A DNA stretch of 64,000 bases from Candidatus Poribacteria bacterium. Its GTDB lineage: Bacteria; Poribacteria; WGA-4E; WGA-3G. Position numbers and translations under genes: made by a program. The notes below the pieces were generated by a model. It was not told the origin of the DNA. It made no database searches and saw nothing but the letters and a program-made list of their open reading frames with translations. Positions 61,722 through 64,000 of the stretch are shown here, piece by piece (within the stretch, counting starts at the first letter, position 1; the number at the start of each line of letters is the position of its first letter). Location of the stretch: assembly GCA_965215265.1 (NCBI GenBank), contig OZ244048.1, positions 3,680,001-3,744,000 on the forward strand, read 5' to 3'.

Positions 61722-64000
61722 ATGAATAAGTTAAAACAATCGATTAATTTTCTGCTTGTAGTGGCTTGCGTTCTGAGTGTCCCTGTTTTCTATGGTTGTG
61801 GTGCGGAAAGTCTTGGGCCGTATGAACCGCTTTTGCCTGCCATTGAGGGTGAAACTAAGTTTTCAGCCAGATACCAATTAGAAGAGGAACCGGAATTCTT
61901 CTATGATCTGTATGGTAAAAAAATCGTGGAAGGCAGCGAACTCAATACATACGTTAATCAGAAAGAATTTGATAAGAACGGTAAATTAATTGCTGGCTGG
62001 TCGGGTCAGCTTGATAGTCTTAGATTCACTGCTCAGCTGGATCGGACTATCTTGACTGAAGAAACCTTTCTAGGCAGACATACAGAATTTATTATTGGAG
62101 ATCATCTACGATTCAAACCTGCTTCGCTGTTTCCGAACCGATATATTATATTCAAAAGTGAGTTTGATGGGCTTCGGTGGGATATCTCTTTTGCACAGGA
62201 GCATCATCTTTTTACGTTCATCCACTCACATATTTCCAATTCTATTAGAATAACAGATGATCCACAACAACAAAGACTCGGACAGGATCTTGGGCGGCGA
62301 AACGGTTTGAACGCGTTGTCAGGTGTCAGGAACATTGAAAACGCACGTCTCGTTGGTTTTCGGGGCCAGGGGCTTTTAGGTGAATTTTTGCGGGTTGGAT
62401 TTACTTATCTAAATTTGTATAAAGAACATCCGGAACGTCTAATAAACTCCTTCATGGGGAGCGTTGCCAATACTCCGCCTGAAAGAATATCGGTTGTTTT
62501 TCGTGATGACTCGCCTGAGGATAATCACACGAGTGCATTCACAGATTTTGATTCTTATGAGCCCGGCTTACATAGCGATAATATACAAGATGGTGTGGGT
62601 GCAGCTTTCAAAAGCATGAAGATTACAATTGTTACACAAGAACTTGAAGAATTAACCCGTGCGGATATAGAGGGCGGGCTTGAACCCGACCTCCTGCCTA
62701 AAATGACTCACCAATTCTATGTTTTCGCTGCAGATCTTGTTCCGGTGGATCATGCCGGCGGCTCTTCCGAGGTACGTGATTCCGTTGATGGGAAGTGGAA
62801 GATCGTCACCGGTTTTAATAAAATGAAATATGATCTGATTCTGGCTGATGGGAAGATTAACATTGACCCGCGCACCGTCAAATCGGTTACATTTGAGATG
62901 GTTGTTGCGGGCGATTATAATATCGCGGTTATCGGCTTTAGTGAAGCAAATAAAGCCGAGGTAAATCCTGAGCTACAAGAGTGGATTAAAACTAAAGATG
63001 GGCGCATTCAGATGCCGTATCGCGACATAATTGAGGCACCGGGGAATTATGGGCAATCTCCGGATTACATCAAAAATAGGAAAAAACTGGTAGACAATCC
63101 CACGCAATGGACAGGTGAAGGGAGGCCTCGCAAAATCCGGTACCGCTATGGTGCTGCACGTGCTGCGACTCTCTACGGACTTGACCTTGAAGGGCGCGTG
63201 GGCAATGTTTTCATCAGGACACACTACTCTATTAACGGTAAATACAAACAGTATCCGACGGTCCCGAAAGATAAAGTAGGATTTAGTCGAACCAAAACCA
63301 CTATTCAGACTCGCGACGGTGAGGAACCAACAGGTGTCTCTATTGATATTAGGAGCGGCCTGCCAGTAGATGCAAATGGTGTCCCCACATATTCGGAAAC
63401 CGAGGGCGAACGTTTTGAGGCATTTTTAGGCGGTGATGGGACAGATGAAGATGGCAACGGAAAGCTCGGTAGAGAAACAGCCTGGTTCGTCCAACTTAAG
63501 TCTCGATTTAGCAAACTTCACTTAGAAGGAGTCTTGTATCATATCGACCCGGGCTACACAACCAACTACCTGGATTTTGGGGCGCATCCGAACCGCGGTC
63601 AAATTTACACGGCCGGACGGGGCCGCCCAGGTCGGCCTTTGGAAGAACAAATTGCAGAGGAATTGATTCCATGGGACGTAACTAATTATACATTGATTGA
63701 AGATGACGATGATGGCGACGACTGGCCGGATGGCATTGACTTTGATGGAGTAATTCCACTTGCTGATGACCGGGACCGGAATGGGATATTAGACTTCCAA
63801 GAAGATTTTCTTATTTTTGAAGCGGATCCGCCTGTATTTACTAACATTATCGATCTGAATAACAACGGTATTATTGATACGATTGAGGATGACTTTGAAC
63901 CAGAATACGAATACGGTATAGACCGTCAGGGTTATCACCTCAAAGCGAGATATGACGTGTTTGATAACCTTGCTGCTCAAGTCGGTTGGTTAAACGAAAG
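61722..64000 (+). CDS. large hypothetical surface/outer-membrane lipoprotein (runs off the window end)
   Basis: Manually translated open frame of >=759 aa from ATG 61722 (AAGGAGG RBS); lipobox FYGC; acidic DRDRNG and DLNNNG loops; absent from the ORF track. Confidence 0.85.
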   Translation, partial: MNKLKQSINFLLVVACVLSVPVFYGCGAESLGPYEPLLPAIEGETKFSARYQLEEEPEFFYDLYGKKIVEGSELNTYVNQKEFDKNGKLIAGWSGQLDSLRFTAQLDRTILTEETFLGRHTEFIIGDHLRFKPASLFPNRYIIFKSEFDGLRWDISFAQEHHLFTFIHSHISNSIRITDDPQQQRLGQDLGRRNGLNALSGVRNIENARLVGFRGQGLLGEFLRVGFTYLNLYKEHPERLINSFMGSVANTPPERISVVFRDDSPEDNHTSAFTDFDSYEPGLHSDNIQDGVGAAFKSMKITIVTQELEELTRADIEGGLEPDLLPKMTHQFYVFAADLVPVDHAGGSSEVRDSVDGKWKIVTGFNKMKYDLILADGKINIDPRTVKSVTFEMVVAGDYNIAVIGFSEANKAEVNPELQEWIKTKDGRIQMPYRDIIEAPGNYGQSPDYIKNRKKLVDNPTQWTGEGRPRKIRYRYGAARAATLYGLDLEGRVGNVFIRTHYSINGKYKQYPTVPKDKVGFSRTKTTIQTRDGEEPTGVSIDIRSGLPVDANGVPTYSETEGERFEAFLGGDGTDEDGNGKLGRETAWFVQLKSRFSKLHLEGVLYHIDPGYTTNYLDFGAHPNRGQIYTAGRGRPGRPLEEQIAEELIPWDVTNYTLIEDDDDGDDWPDGIDFDGVIPLADDRDRNGILDFQEDFLIFEADPPVFTNIIDLNNNGIIDTIEDDFEPEYEYGIDRQGYHLKARYDVFDNLAAQVGWLNE

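Overview
Bacterial chromosomal window. The gene content resembles Candidatus Poribacteria (inference only): dockerin+FGE-sulfatase and 'ANYPNPFNPETWIPYQL' FlgD-like proteins, several Gfo/Idh/MocA oxidoreductases, a sulfatase and a HEAT-repeat protein. Housekeeping genes are argG, argJ, cmk, tyrA, eno, an ftsB-like gene, 2-oxoacid:ferredoxin oxidoreductase alpha/beta, ccmABEFH and mrp. Four areas stand out. (1) 15.6-24.3 kb: a type III restriction-modification locus with three tandem mod paralogs that have different target-recognition domains and feed one res gene; two mods are frameshifted at an identical G9 tract, and a short relic of another mod 3' end lies upstream. (2) 50.8-54.3 kb: an island with an Rpn nuclease (internal RBS for a small antitoxin) bracketed by a structured ~83-bp direct repeat, next to an FGE/C-type-lectin gene whose 3' end looks like a DGR variable region, with no RT or template repeat in the window. 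(3) 54.5-64 kb: a divergent cluster of large unknown surface proteins with sigma54 promoters, including a >=759-aa ORF missing from the ORF track. (4) 45.6 kb: an orphan sigma54 promoter that may drive a CCUCCU-containing sRNA. I saw no rRNA, tRNA or CRISPR array.
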